Assembly: GCA_040767085.1 (NCBI GenBank)
Contig: JAXGPF010000005.1
Span: 1 to 64,000, forward strand
DNA length: 64,000 nucleotides
Direction of reading: 5' to 3'
DNA from: Kiritimatiellia bacterium
GTDB taxonomy: Bacteria; Verrucomicrobiota; Kiritimatiellia; JAAZAB01
Below the pieces are notes generated by a model. The model searched no databases and was not told the DNA's origin. It worked only from the letters and a program-made list of their open reading frames with translations. Every line of letters begins with the position of its first letter. Position 1 is the stretch's first letter. Position numbers and translations under genes: made by a program. Positions 1-10,774 of this stretch are shown here, one piece after another.

Positions 1-74
1 TGGCTGCCGGACTAGGATTTGAACCTAGACAAACAGATCCAGAGTCTGCTGTGCTACCGTTACACCATCCGGCA
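1..74 (-). tRNA. tRNA-Gln (anticodon CTG)
   Basis: Reverse complement TGCCGGATGGTGTAACGGTAGCACAGCAGACTCTGGATCTGTTTGTCTAGGTTCAAATCCTAGTCCGGCAGCCA folds as a cloverleaf with a GGTTCAAATCC T-arm, CTG anticodon and encoded CCA. Confidence 0.96.
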
Positions 75-170
75 TTCGTTCTGGCCGCGGCTTGGCTTGA
101 CCAAAAGGCTTTTCAAGATAGCCCGCCGCCAGCAAAAGTCAAGCGCTTTCCTATCGAAATCGCCCCACCC

Positions 171-791
171 TCACGGGCGGATCAGTTTTAACGTAATACC
201 GGCCACATGCCGGCCTTGAAACCTGGCGATAGACAGTTCATTCTCGCTGGGCATGCGCGAACCATCCCCGCCCGCCAGGGTGGAGGCGCCGTAAGGCGTG
301 CCGCCGGAGATTTCGCCCATCTCCAGCAGGCGCTGCTCGGAATAAGGCACTCCCACTACGATCATGCCATGATGCAGCAGGGTGTTGTGGAAACTGCTGA
401 TGGTGGTTTCCTGCCCGCCATGCTGGGTGGCCGTCGAAGTGAAAACGCTGCCGACCTTGCCGACCAGCTTGCCTTCGGCCCATAATTTCCCGGTCTGGTC
501 CAGCAGGTTGCGCATCTGGGCGCACATGTTGCCGAACCGCGTGGGAGTCCCGAAAATCAACGCATCCGCCTCCGCCAATTGCGCGGGCTGGATGACCGGC
601 ACGTGGCGGAACACCTTGCGGGCAGCGGCGGCGCCGGAGGATTCCAGCGCGGCTTCCGGCACCAGTTCCGGCACCTGGAACAGGTTCACTTCCGCGCCTT
701 TAACTTCGCGCGCGCCTTCGGCCACCGCTTCGGCCATGCGATAAATATGGCCGTACATGCTGTAAAAGACAACGTAGATTTTCGCGCTCAT
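171..791 (-). CDS. wrbA: NAD(P)H:quinone oxidoreductase, type IV (WrbA)
   Basis: Flavodoxin-like motifs [26 protein letters not shown] and GGTPYGAST. Confidence 0.95.
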   Translation of the reverse strand: MSAKIYVVFYSMYGHIYRMAEAVAEGAREVKGAEVNLFQVPELVPEAALESSGAAAARKVFRHVPVIQPAQLAEADALIFGTPTRFGNMCAQMRNLLDQTGKLWAEGKLVGKVGSVFTSTATQHGGQETTISSFHNTLLHHGMIVVGVPYSEQRLLEMGEISGGTPYGASTLAGGDGSRMPSENELSIARFQGRHVAGITLKLIRP

Positions 792-850
792 GAAGGATTC
801 CTTGGCTGACGGCGCGGCCGGTGAATGCGGCGCGCCCTGTGCGTTGACGC

Positions 851-883
851 GGCGGCAGCGCCGGTAAAACCGACGCTGCCGCC
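851..883 (-). terminator. GC-rich hairpin downstream of the ferredoxin gene
   Basis: GGCGGCAGCG...CGCTGCCGCC stem 15 nt past the ferredoxin stop; no clear U-tract. Confidence 0.4.
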
Positions 884-897
884 TTGGATTGCCGGCT

Positions 898-1086
898 TTA
901 TTCCGTAATTGTAATCGCTTCGACGGGACAGCCTTCCGCCGCTTCGCGGCAGGTGGCTTCCGCTTCCGCGGGGACGACTTCCACCTTTACCTTGGCCACA
1001 TCGCTGTCCATCTCGAACACTTCGGGACAAGTATCCGCACACAACCCGCAACCGGTGCAGGTATCCGCATCCACTTTGGCTTTCAT
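898..1086 (-). CDS. Small 4Fe-4S ferredoxin
   Basis: 62 aa acidic protein with CTGCGLC...CP and a C-terminal CPVEAI; AAGGAG RBS upstream. Confidence 0.93.
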   Translation of the reverse strand: MKAKVDADTCTGCGLCADTCPEVFEMDSDVAKVKVEVVPAEAEATCREAAEGCPVEAITITE

Positions 1087-1274
1087 AGTTTGCGCTCCTT
1101 GATTGACGCGGCGGCGCCGGCGTTTGCATCACCCGTGCAAATACCCAACGCTCGCTGTTTGTTGCACGGAGTATACAACATCCCTGATTAGAATTCCACT
1201 ATATTTTACGCGGGCCGCTGCAACCGCACAATTTAAGATTGACATGTTTCCGGGCTCTTTCCATATTGCATGCA

Positions 1275-2333
1275 ATGCAAAACATCCTGTTCCTCGAAAA
1301 AGTCTTCCTGCACCCCGCCAAAAAAGCGCCCGGCGGCGTGGAACTGTTCAACCTGTCCCTGCTCCGGGACCTGGCCGGCATGGGGCACAAGGTAACCGCG
1401 CCAGTCCACCGGAGTTGGACGCCTTTGATCGAAGACGCCGCTGCCGGCAGCACGCCCGCGCCGGAGCTTTTCACCCTGCCGGGCAACCTGGCGGATATGG
1501 CCGGCGGCGCGGCTGCATTATGGCAACTGCGCCGGCGCTCGTTTGACCTGGCACTGCTGGGCAATGCCGGCGACCGGCTGATCCCCCTGCTGCTATTGCT
1601 GCGGCGTATGGCGCCGCGCTTCGGCCTGATCGCCCACCGCGAACCGAGCGCCCGGTTTGTCCGCGCGCTGCGCGCTTTGCCGGTCAAAGTCACGGCGGTG
1701 AACGGACAGATTGCCGGGCATTTCACCCGCAGCGGCATCGTCGGGGTCAGGGTGGATTACGGCATCCTCCGGGGCGACCTGTTCTACCCCCCGGCATCCT
1801 CCGCGCCGCGCGCCACGGTAAATTTCTGCGTGCTCGGCCACCTGGAACGCCCCTGGAAAGGCCACGATACCGCCGTCGCCGCCTTCGAACGCCTGCCGCC
1901 GGACGTCAAGGGGCAATGCCGCCTGCATCTGGCCGGCTTCGCCCAGCCGCCGACCTTCCAGGATGCCGGGATTATCGCCTACCCCTGGCAGCCATACGAG
2001 CGGATCGGCGATTTTCTGCGGGACATGGATGTGATGCTGGTGCCATCGCGCGACGAAGGCGTCATGCGCGAAACTTTTTCGCAGGCCGCCGTGCAGGGCA
2101 TGCTCACCGGCCTGCCCTTGATCGTCAGCGACTTGCCGATTTTGAAAGAAAAACTCGATCAGGGCGGCGGGCTGATCTTCCGGGATGTCAACGGCTTGAT
2201 GGATGCCATGCGCCGGCTGGCCGGGGATGCGCCGCTGCGCCGGCGCCTCGGCGCGCAGGGCCGGCAAACCGCCCTGGCCCGCTATGTCTGGGACACGCGT
2301 AAATTCATGTCCGCCGCATTTCCGGGTTTGTAA
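1275..2333 (+). CDS. Glycosyltransferase family 4 (GT-B)
   Basis: KGHDTAVAAF, DVMLVPS...ETFSQAAVQGMLTGLPLIVSD and terminal RYVWD; start placed at MQNILF. Confidence 0.8.
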   Translation: MQNILFLEKVFLHPAKKAPGGVELFNLSLLRDLAGMGHKVTAPVHRSWTPLIEDAAAGSTPAPELFTLPGNLADMAGGAAALWQLRRRSFDLALLGNAGDRLIPLLLLLRRMAPRFGLIAHREPSARFVRALRALPVKVTAVNGQIAGHFTRSGIVGVRVDYGILRGDLFYPPASSAPRATVNFCVLGHLERPWKGHDTAVAAFERLPPDVKGQCRLHLAGFAQPPTFQDAGIIAYPWQPYERIGDFLRDMDVMLVPSRDEGVMRETFSQAAVQGMLTGLPLIVSDLPILKEKLDQGGGLIFRDVNGLMDAMRRLAGDAPLRRRLGAQGRQTALARYVWDTRKFMSAAFPGL

Positions 2334-2363
2334 CCGGGCGGCGGCCCCTGCAGGAGAAATGCC

Positions 2364-3029
2364 ATGGACATCGTCTTGAACCAATTGGAAACGCGGGTGC
2401 TGGGTTGCCTGATCGAAAAGTCCGTCACCACGCCGGAATATTACCCGTTGACGCTCGCGGCGCTGACCGCCGCCTGCAACCAGAAATCCAACCGCCAGCC
2501 CGTCATTCAAACCGATGAAAAAGAAGTGGTCCGGGCATTGGACAGTCTCCGCGAGAAGAAACTCGCCTCTTCCGTCGCGCTGGCCAACAGCCGGGTGTTG
2601 AAATACCGGCACAACCTCCCCGATGTCATCAATCTGACCGACCACCAGCAAGCCGTGCTCTGCGAACTGATGCTGCGCGGACCGCAGACGGCGGGCGAAT
2701 TGCGCACCCGCGCCGGGCGCATGGCGGCATTCGCCGATCCCCGGGAAGTGGAAGCCGTCCTCCACGAACTCTCCGAGCCGGCCAGCGGGCCGCTGGTGGC
2801 CAGACTGCCCCGGCAACCGGGGCAGCGGGAAGAACGTTATGGCCAGCGGCTGGGCGGTGATCTGCCGGCCGCGGCCGCGGAAACGCAGCCCCCGCCGGAA
2901 CCCGCGCGCCTGGCCGTCATGGCTGAAAACGAGCGCCTGGCATCGCTGGAAAACCGCCTGGCAGGCCTCAGCGATGAACTGGACCGCCTGAAGGCCCAAT
3001 TCAGCGATTTCGTGCAACAGTTTCAATAG
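2364..3029 (+). CDS. YceH/DUF480 family protein
   Basis: RVLGCLIEKSVTTPEYYPLT, ACNQKSNR, LMLRGPQTAGELR and a C-terminal coiled coil. Confidence 0.92.
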   Translation: MDIVLNQLETRVLGCLIEKSVTTPEYYPLTLAALTAACNQKSNRQPVIQTDEKEVVRALDSLREKKLASSVALANSRVLKYRHNLPDVINLTDHQQAVLCELMLRGPQTAGELRTRAGRMAAFADPREVEAVLHELSEPASGPLVARLPRQPGQREERYGQRLGGDLPAAAAETQPPPEPARLAVMAENERLASLENRLAGLSDELDRLKAQFSDFVQQFQ

Positions 3030-3078
3030 GGCCTGCCGCCGGCTCGGCGGCCGGCCATCCCGCGGGCCATGCAGGACG

Positions 3079-3399
3079 TCAATCCATGTGGAAGACTTCG
3101 CGCATGGAGCGTTCCCGGGCCTTGCCCGAGGCCGGGTCGTCGGCCACCAGGTATTCCAGCATGTGGCGCCACCATTTCCGGCAGACGGGGATATCGGCCA
3201 ACTGCGCCAGCTTTGCCTCATCTTCGATTTCCACGTAGCCAAACATGATATTGGTGGCCGCATCGTGGAAAATGGAATAGTTATGTAGTCCATGCTGCTT
3301 CAAAACCGCATGCATTTCCGGCCAGATGGGATTATGGCTCTTTTCATAGGCATCAATCTTGCCGGGCTGCACTTCCATGATGAACGCTTTGCGGATCAT
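3079..3399 (-). CDS. rhaM: L-rhamnose mutarotase
   Basis: YEKSHNPIWPEM, NYSIF, WW and EVFHMD motifs. Confidence 0.9.
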   Translation of the reverse strand: MIRKAFIMEVQPGKIDAYEKSHNPIWPEMHAVLKQHGLHNYSIFHDAATNIMFGYVEIEDEAKLAQLADIPVCRKWWRHMLEYLVADDPASGKARERSMREVFHMD

Positions 3400-3413
3400 T
3401 TATTTGCCCCTGT

Positions 3414-5444
3414 TTATTCGAAATACATGTAATGCATACTTGACAGATTGAAGCACCAGCGGTTGCCATCCGGCAGGTAAACCAGCAAGTCCGCCAGGCC
3501 GTCGCCGTCAAAATCGCCGGCCGCCGGCGCCCCGCGCGCGACACTGATCGGGAATGGTTGGCTGGCGGTGTAGCCGGCGCTGGAAGCCGCCAGCAGCCAG
3601 TCGCCGGTCGCATAACTGTACAAGGCCAGATCGGTCCGGCCATCGCCGTCGAAATCAGCCGCGACGGGCAGCCAGCCCAGCCCGCCCCAGTTTAACGCCG
3701 CCGGAGCGTACCCCGCGCCCGACAACAGCGCTTTCCATTGGCCGGCGCTTTCGAGGTAGGCCATCGGATCGGCCAATCCATCGCCATCCATGTCAGCCGC
3801 CAGCGCGGCCCAACCTGCGCCGCCCAGATTGATTTCGAACTGGAACAACTGGAACCCGGCGCCGGACAGGCGCGCCTGCCAGGTTACGCCGTCAGCCGGA
3901 CAGAATGCCGGATCGGGACATCCATCGCCGTCGAAATCGGCGAAAACGGGCAAGCCGTTGCTTGCACCGAAGGCGGCCAGCACCGCGGACGCGTAGTTGG
4001 CCCCGGACAGGTAACATTTCCATGAGCAATCAGCCGCATTCCACGCTACCGGGTCGGCTTTGCCGTCCCGGTCTAAATCGCCGGCCAGCGCCAGGCGCGG
4101 CATGGATAGCGCGATGCTCGGGAACTTGGTCAGGAACAGGTTATCCCCCAACTCTTCGGGATTCGACTGGTACTGGGGCGTATCCCCGGCATAAGCGTTG
4201 GTAATGGCAAACCCGGTGGCCTCCTGGAACGAAACAAACCCATCGTTATTGGCGTCGGCATTGCACGGTGCGCCATCCTCCCAGGGATGGCGTCCGGGAA
4301 AAAAACCGCGCACGGCGGCGGTCCAGTAATAAGCATACTGGTTGTAATCCGGCCAGGTATCGCCGGCGTAGGAAGAGTGCTCATAATCCGCGGCGGTAGT
4401 GATAACACGCTGCGGCTGGCCCAGGTTGTCAACAAACCCGCCGCTGTAGCATTGTTCCATGACGAACATTACCGGGCAAGGCAGGTTGGTGGTCAACGCT
4501 TCCAGGTCATAATCGTTTAAATCTTCCCCGTTCCAGAGGTTCAGGGCGGCGTGCGTATTGGTGACTTGCCAGCCGTGGTCGGTGGTAAAAACAAATAACT
4601 GATCGTTGCTGGCCAGTGTTCCGCCCAGCCGGGCAAAGGCGGCATAAATTTCGGCGCGGGTGCAGGGGCCGTCGGTATCCGCCACGCCGTCATGGTCCAG
4701 GTCAATCGGGGAATTCACATATTGCGCGCCATCGTTCCTGTCCAGCCCCGGATCGCGCCCGTCGGAAATCAGGGTAATGATCTGGTCGCGCGGGTAGTTG
4801 TATTTCTGGCGCAGGGTGGAGTAAATAAAAGAACAATCGTCCCAATAGCGGAGGTGATTATTATATGCATTGTAACCGCCCGACAGGATGACAGCCCAGC
4901 AGTTCGAGCCCGCGCCCTTGTAATGGATGGCCCGGCCGCCGGCGCGGACGGCGGAAGGCGCCGGCGCCGGGCGCGCCGGGCGTTGATAAGGAATGATGAC
5001 CGTCAGCGGCTGCGCTCCATTCCCGGTCCGGACGTCCGGTCCGGCAGCGTGGTATTCCAACGGCGAACGCGCATCGCGCACGATCAGGGCGGACAAATCG
5101 GGCTTCACGAATACATACCGGCAGGGATGTTCCCAGTTGGCAGTCGGCGCATCGTCAATCTGGAAAACCCAGCATTGCGGCCAGGGCATGGCCACCGGCC
5201 CGCGCCAGTTGCGCAGACTGCCGCGGGCCGCATCCGCCAGTTCGGGCCAGGCGGCTAGTTCGCGGCCGGCGGCATCGCCGTCCAGCACCTCGCGCACAAC
5301 CAGCTCGCGCGCGGCCGCCAGGTCCGCCCCGGGCCGTGCCGGGAGGTTCGACCTGATCTCATCCGCCGCAAGGCCGCCCGCCGCCAGGAATATCGTGAAA
5401 ACTATCAACCAGAACCACGCCTTCAAAAGATTTGCTGTTTGCAT
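3414..5444 (-). CDS. Secreted clan CD (caspase/legumain C13-like) cysteine peptidase with C-terminal FG-GAP/VCBS repeats
   Basis: N-terminal hydrophobic signal; WAVILSGG, FVFTTDHG (His), MEQCYSGGF (Cys); repeated DxDGDG Ca-binding motifs; start uncertain (5444 or 5501). Confidence 0.72.
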   Translation of the reverse strand: MQTANLLKAWFWLIVFTIFLAAGGLAADEIRSNLPARPGADLAAARELVVREVLDGDAAGRELAAWPELADAARGSLRNWRGPVAMPWPQCWVFQIDDAPTANWEHPCRYVFVKPDLSALIVRDARSPLEYHAAGPDVRTGNGAQPLTVIIPYQRPARPAPAPSAVRAGGRAIHYKGAGSNCWAVILSGGYNAYNNHLRYWDDCSFIYSTLRQKYNYPRDQIITLISDGRDPGLDRNDGAQYVNSPIDLDHDGVADTDGPCTRAEIYAAFARLGGTLASNDQLFVFTTDHGWQVTNTHAALNLWNGEDLNDYDLEALTTNLPCPVMFVMEQCYSGGFVDNLGQPQRVITTAADYEHSSYAGDTWPDYNQYAYYWTAAVRGFFPGRHPWEDGAPCNADANNDGFVSFQEATGFAITNAYAGDTPQYQSNPEELGDNLFLTKFPSIALSMPRLALAGDLDRDGKADPVAWNAADCSWKCYLSGANYASAVLAAFGASNGLPVFADFDGDGCPDPAFCPADGVTWQARLSGAGFQLFQFEINLGGAGWAALAADMDGDGLADPMAYLESAGQWKALLSGAGYAPAALNWGGLGWLPVAADFDGDGRTDLALYSYATGDWLLAASSAGYTASQPFPISVARGAPAAGDFDGDGLADLLVYLPDGNRWCFNLSSMHYMYFE

Positions 5445-5504
5445 ATTATTCTTTCTTCTGCCGCTGAATCCGATGGTTATATTTTGGCTGGTTTTCCGCA
5501 TCGG

Positions 5505-7040
<1,536 letters not shown>

Positions 7041-7077
7041 GGTTTAATTATGTCATGTTTTTTCGATTTGTGCCAGT

Positions 7078-7308
7078 ATCCTTAGGCAGACGTACATCAC
7101 GCAATGCGCAACGAATTTCCACTTATACCTGACGTTTTGAACCATTAACCGGCATCACAACCAGCAAATCCACACGCTGTCCGGCCCGGCGGTGGCCCGG
7201 GCATGCGATCCCGGACAACACGATCTGTTCCGGATCGAATTTCCGGGCAATGCGGGCAGCCATTTTTTGATTGCCAGCTTGCTGTTCATTTTCATCCCGC
7301 GACACCAA
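7078..7308 (-). pseudogene. Degraded minimal nucleotidyltransferase (MNT-type antitoxin)
   Basis: IARKFDPEQIVL, then in a shifted frame GSHARATAGPDS, then VDLLVVMPVNGSKRQV*VEIRCALRDVRLPKD; two frameshifts and an internal TAA. Confidence 0.75.
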
Positions 7309-7506
7309 TAATCACCTTTTTCCCAATTTATAGCAATCTTGTTTTCAATTGCCTACAGCCCAACTTGCAAAACGAAAACACCAAAGGCGCAAGGGGGACA
7401 AAGCGCCAAAGCCGGCATTCCGCAAACACGACCCCGCACACATTCACCGATTGTCATTTTATAGGACCGACCCTGCGCACGCCGACCCCGCACACGAGAC
7501 CTTGTT

Positions 7507-8691
7507 TCATGTTTCAGAGCCGAATTTTCTGGCCCACATGCTTTTCATCTTCTTCATTTCCGGGTTCAGTTTGACCGGCTTGCCGGGGCACTGGTTCTTT
7601 TTGTTGAGGAGCCATCGGCCCAAATTATCCCGCAGGACCGGCATTCGCTTCCCGACGGAAGGCGGTTTGGCGGCGCGCATCGGCTTGTCAGCAAACCAGT
7701 AGGCTACGGACGACATCTCGTTGGCCAGATGGTTCCCGTGTCCGTGCTCAATCGTCACCTTGATCTCCTTCTGGAACCGGACCGGATTCTCCACATGAAA
7801 GACATAGCTGCTTTGGTAAGCCCCCTCTGCCCATGGAGAAGCCGATGGCATGATGGTCGTCTTGCCCTCAAAAATCGAACTGCCGTTCCGACAAAACGCG
7901 TTGTCCTGCATGCCCCATGCCTGGTTCAGGTAGTCTTCAGATCCTGTCCCGTGGAGGTCTGGCGGCCATTTGTAGCCATCCACCCAAATCATGTCGTCGC
8001 CCTCACCCCACCAGTCGCCCCGGAAGTTCGTTACGCTCAGACAGCAACCGAGGTAGTGCCCCCGTCCTTTTGCTTCCAGGATGACGTAGTTATTCTCCCA
8101 CGCCATACGTCCCTTATTCACGATATTGGACAGTTTCGATCCTGCCTTGTTCGCCGCGATTTCTGGCCCCCAGCCACCGAATGGGTTGGTTCTGCGGAAC
8201 TCCGCATGGCAATAGCCGACATCCTCGGGTAAATCGGGCATAATCTCGTAATCCACGTAGAAATACTGGCGGTGAAGTTCCTTGCTCTCGTTGACCAGTT
8301 CGAGGAGCGCCCGTTCCCTGAACGGCATGGGCAAGTAGCAATTCAGCGCACAGCCTTTGTTGAACTGGTAGGGGAATCGTGTGGAGGCGGTGAAGAATTG
8401 CGATTGATACGAGTTGACTATTCCGTGCCCCAGGCCAAAAAAGTCGCCCAACGGGCACAGCACGCTGGGGAATGCGGCGTTGTCCCACGTGATGCGTATC
8501 AGGCATTCCCGGTAGTGGTTTGGCTGAGTCATCCAGATGTGTGTGATCTGTCCCGGTCCTTTGATGTCCGCTAAAACGCGGGCTTCTCCCGGTGGAATCG
8601 TCCATACATCCCCATTGCGACCGGACGTATCCCACGATGAACACCGCCCGGTCTTCCGGTCCCGGATCCGAGTGATCTCATGAATCGGCAT
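7507..8691 (-). CDS. DUF2961 / glycoside hydrolase family 172 protein
   Basis: GPGQITHIWMT, PLGDFFG, NCYLPMPF, WWGEGDD, HGTGSEDY, TIEHGHGN and SSVAYW; GAAGGAG RBS. Confidence 0.9.
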   Translation of the reverse strand: MPIHEITRIRDRKTGRCSSWDTSGRNGDVWTIPPGEARVLADIKGPGQITHIWMTQPNHYRECLIRITWDNAAFPSVLCPLGDFFGLGHGIVNSYQSQFFTASTRFPYQFNKGCALNCYLPMPFRERALLELVNESKELHRQYFYVDYEIMPDLPEDVGYCHAEFRRTNPFGGWGPEIAANKAGSKLSNIVNKGRMAWENNYVILEAKGRGHYLGCCLSVTNFRGDWWGEGDDMIWVDGYKWPPDLHGTGSEDYLNQAWGMQDNAFCRNGSSIFEGKTTIMPSASPWAEGAYQSSYVFHVENPVRFQKEIKVTIEHGHGNHLANEMSSVAYWFADKPMRAAKPPSVGKRMPVLRDNLGRWLLNKKNQCPGKPVKLNPEMKKMKSMWARKFGSET

Positions 8692-8709
8692 GATTACTCC
8701 TTCTTTGTA

Positions 8710-8770
8710 GTCCAACGTTGGCGTTCACGGTCGCGAGCTTGCGGGAGCACCGTGCTACGCCGTGTTCGGA
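8710..8770 (-). mobile_element. Integron attC recombination site (61 bp)
   Basis: Minus strand TCCGAAC-ACGGC-GTAGCACGGT...ACCGTGAAC-GCCAAC-GTTGGAC gives the R''/L''/L'/R' layout of an imperfect palindrome, 2 nt after the stop of 8773..9249. Confidence 0.8.
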
Positions 8771-8772
8771 CC

Positions 8773-9249
8773 TCATTCATCCATCCAGTGCAGGAATACT
8801 TCTGCTGTTCCGAGTGCTGGAACTGGCTGCTTCGCAGAGAGAACCAACTCATACGTCTTCCCCTCCCTGAACACGCCTGGGGACCACAGATCCCATGTGA
8901 ACAGGATTGAGGTGGCAGGAGAGTGCCAATTTGTGAATTGGAAATCGTTAGTTCCGAATTCCTTGGACAGCAGGAATGTTGGGTCTGTTGTTGGCATCCT
9001 GATTTGCAGCAACACGCTCAACGGCCAATCCGGATGACTGCAGAATGCGCCGCTGTTCACCCTTTCGGCGGGGAAGGCTAAGACGAAACTCGCACCGCCT
9101 TTCGGTGCCACGAATTCTGTTTTGAAAATCGCGTTCGTTGCCGCCAGGTCCATGTGGCCAAGCGACCGGTTTCGTGGGAGGGCTTTGCAGAAGCAGCCGG
9201 AAAGCAAGATGGCGGCTCCGAGAAGACCCATACTGAGTGTTTTTTTCAT
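8773..9249 (-). CDS. Hypothetical lipoprotein (integron gene cassette)
   Basis: Lipobox LLSGC after a basic/hydrophobic signal; core site GTTCGGA (9256-9262) lies just upstream and attC just downstream. Confidence 0.75.
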   Translation of the reverse strand: MKKTLSMGLLGAAILLSGCFCKALPRNRSLGHMDLAATNAIFKTEFVAPKGGASFVLAFPAERVNSGAFCSHPDWPLSVLLQIRMPTTDPTFLLSKEFGTNDFQFTNWHSPATSILFTWDLWSPGVFREGKTYELVLSAKQPVPALGTAEVFLHWMDE

Positions 9250-9371
9250 CTCGCTTCCGAACAGTATTATTGAGCCTGCTTCGCGAAAGAAGGCTGGCCG
9301 GGGTTGATCATGTATTTTATAACTCCGACGCGCCCCATTGTCAAATGCCTTATCATTTGGCTATCAATGGA

Positions 9372-9473
9372 TTATCCTGCCAGCTTGCTTTCGAGGTCGG
9401 CTTTATGCATATGGCAACGATGCGTCAGGCGCCAAACATGTCCAGGTAAATAATAACGATTCGCTCCAGGCAT
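9372..9473 (-). pseudogene. N-terminal fragment of a REP-associated tyrosine (Y1/HUH) transposase
   Basis: MPGANRYYLPGHVWRLTHRCH resembles RAYT N-termini; truncated after about 21 codons. Confidence 0.6.
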
Positions 9474-9598
9474 GACGGAACCTTCCATCATTGTTTTCAG
9501 GAATGAAAACCTTATTCTAAGCTCTGAAATCCCCACCCTTTTTTCTTTATCCATTACCCCGCGATATATTGCTCAGGTCCGGCCCGGCTGATCCGCAA

Positions 9599-10333
9599 TC
9601 ATGTCTTGACGCAGGTGAAGGTCGCATATTCCTCATCGCCCGCGTTATACCGGTCCTCATGCACCTCGAAACCTGTTTCGCTTAAAACACGCCTCCAAAC
9701 ATCCATCGAGAACACGCCCATGGTCCAGAGATCGGCCTCAATCCGCAGGCGTCTGTGTTCCCGGATGAGATACAGGATCGTCGTTTCGTACTGCTCATCC
9801 GTGGGATCGGGGTCATACACGTTCTCTATGAAAACCACGTCCAATCCGTTCCGCGCGGCCGGGGTGATACTGGTCTTGTTTTGCTGGAACGTCTCAGCCG
9901 TCACGTCCGGAGTAACAACCAGGACACCGCCTGGATTCAGATGGGCGTGGGCGGTGCGGAACGCCGCCGCCAAGTCCGTCCGGCAGCTCATGTGCGAGAT
10001 CGCATCGTCCATGAGCACGGCGTCAAAAGCCCGGCCGAGTCGGCATGTCCGCATATCGTCCTGGACGAACGTGCACTCGGGATTCAGTTCCTTCGCCTGC
10101 GCAAGCATGGCGGCGCTCAGATCGACGCCGGTGACGTTGAACTGCCGCTTCAGGTTCCAGACGTTCTTCCCGCCCCCGCACCCTATGTCCATCAATGTGG
10201 TTGCCGGGCGCCGGGCGTGCCGGCGGATCAACTCCGTGATGTATCGGCAGTAGTGCGCGTATTCCGTGGCAGCGTCGCCCCACAATGGCCAAAGCCACGC
10301 CAAGTCCGTATAAAGCCGGCAGGTATCATGCAT
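9599..10333 (-). CDS. Class I SAM-dependent methyltransferase
   Basis: LMDIGCGGG motif I, GVDLSAAML, QDDMR and LNPGGVLVV; start placed at MHDTCR. Confidence 0.9.
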   Translation of the reverse strand: MHDTCRLYTDLAWLWPLWGDAATEYAHYCRYITELIRRHARRPATTLMDIGCGGGKNVWNLKRQFNVTGVDLSAAMLAQAKELNPECTFVQDDMRTCRLGRAFDAVLMDDAISHMSCRTDLAAAFRTAHAHLNPGGVLVVTPDVTAETFQQNKTSITPAARNGLDVVFIENVYDPDPTDEQYETTILYLIREHRRLRIEADLWTMGVFSMDVWRRVLSETGFEVHEDRYNAGDEEYATFTCVKT

Positions 10334-10730
10334 ATCTATGCACATGCTGAACGTCACAAAGCAAGGATTTGAGCGGCAACGCGCAAACATCATACGTTTG
10401 CTTGAGCCAGTATTAAATTCTCGGACGACGTGGAAGTTGTCCCTACGGAATGATAACGCAAGCAGTTTTGAAATTGGTTCACCAATCTGCAATCCTGCAA
10501 ATCCGTCCAAATCCCGGTGACTGCCTCACCAACGTCCATATAAAATTCAGGCCGCTGTTGAACATGGCTTCCGTATCACCGGCTGGCGGTCAAGCAGGCT
10601 GCCGCCTCCGCCAGTTATTACCCGATATGTATTTTCACTTGCTCCGGCAAGTTACCCTGGCAAAGCAACGGAAAACCCCAATAGTTCCAGTGAATCACCT
10701 AAGATTGCCTGATAGACTCTGTTAACTGGA

Positions 10731-10771
10731 GAACCGTGAACCGCTTTAACCGTGAACCGTGCAACCGGAAC
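10731..10771. repeat. Degenerate tandem heptamer repeat (GAACCGT)n
   Basis: GAACCGT GAACCGC tt TAACCGT GAACCGT GCAACCG GAAC directly after the stop of 10775..11473. Confidence 0.7.
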
Positions 10772-10774
10772 TTC

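Noticed and set aside
1593-3293. 566-aa minus-strand ORF
   Set aside because: Overlaps the GT4 and YceH genes antisense and rhaM out of frame; no recognisable domain
10340-10410. GTTCAGC upstream of a methyltransferase as a second cassette core site
   Set aside because: No attC-like symmetry upstream and no complementary R'' downstream of the gene
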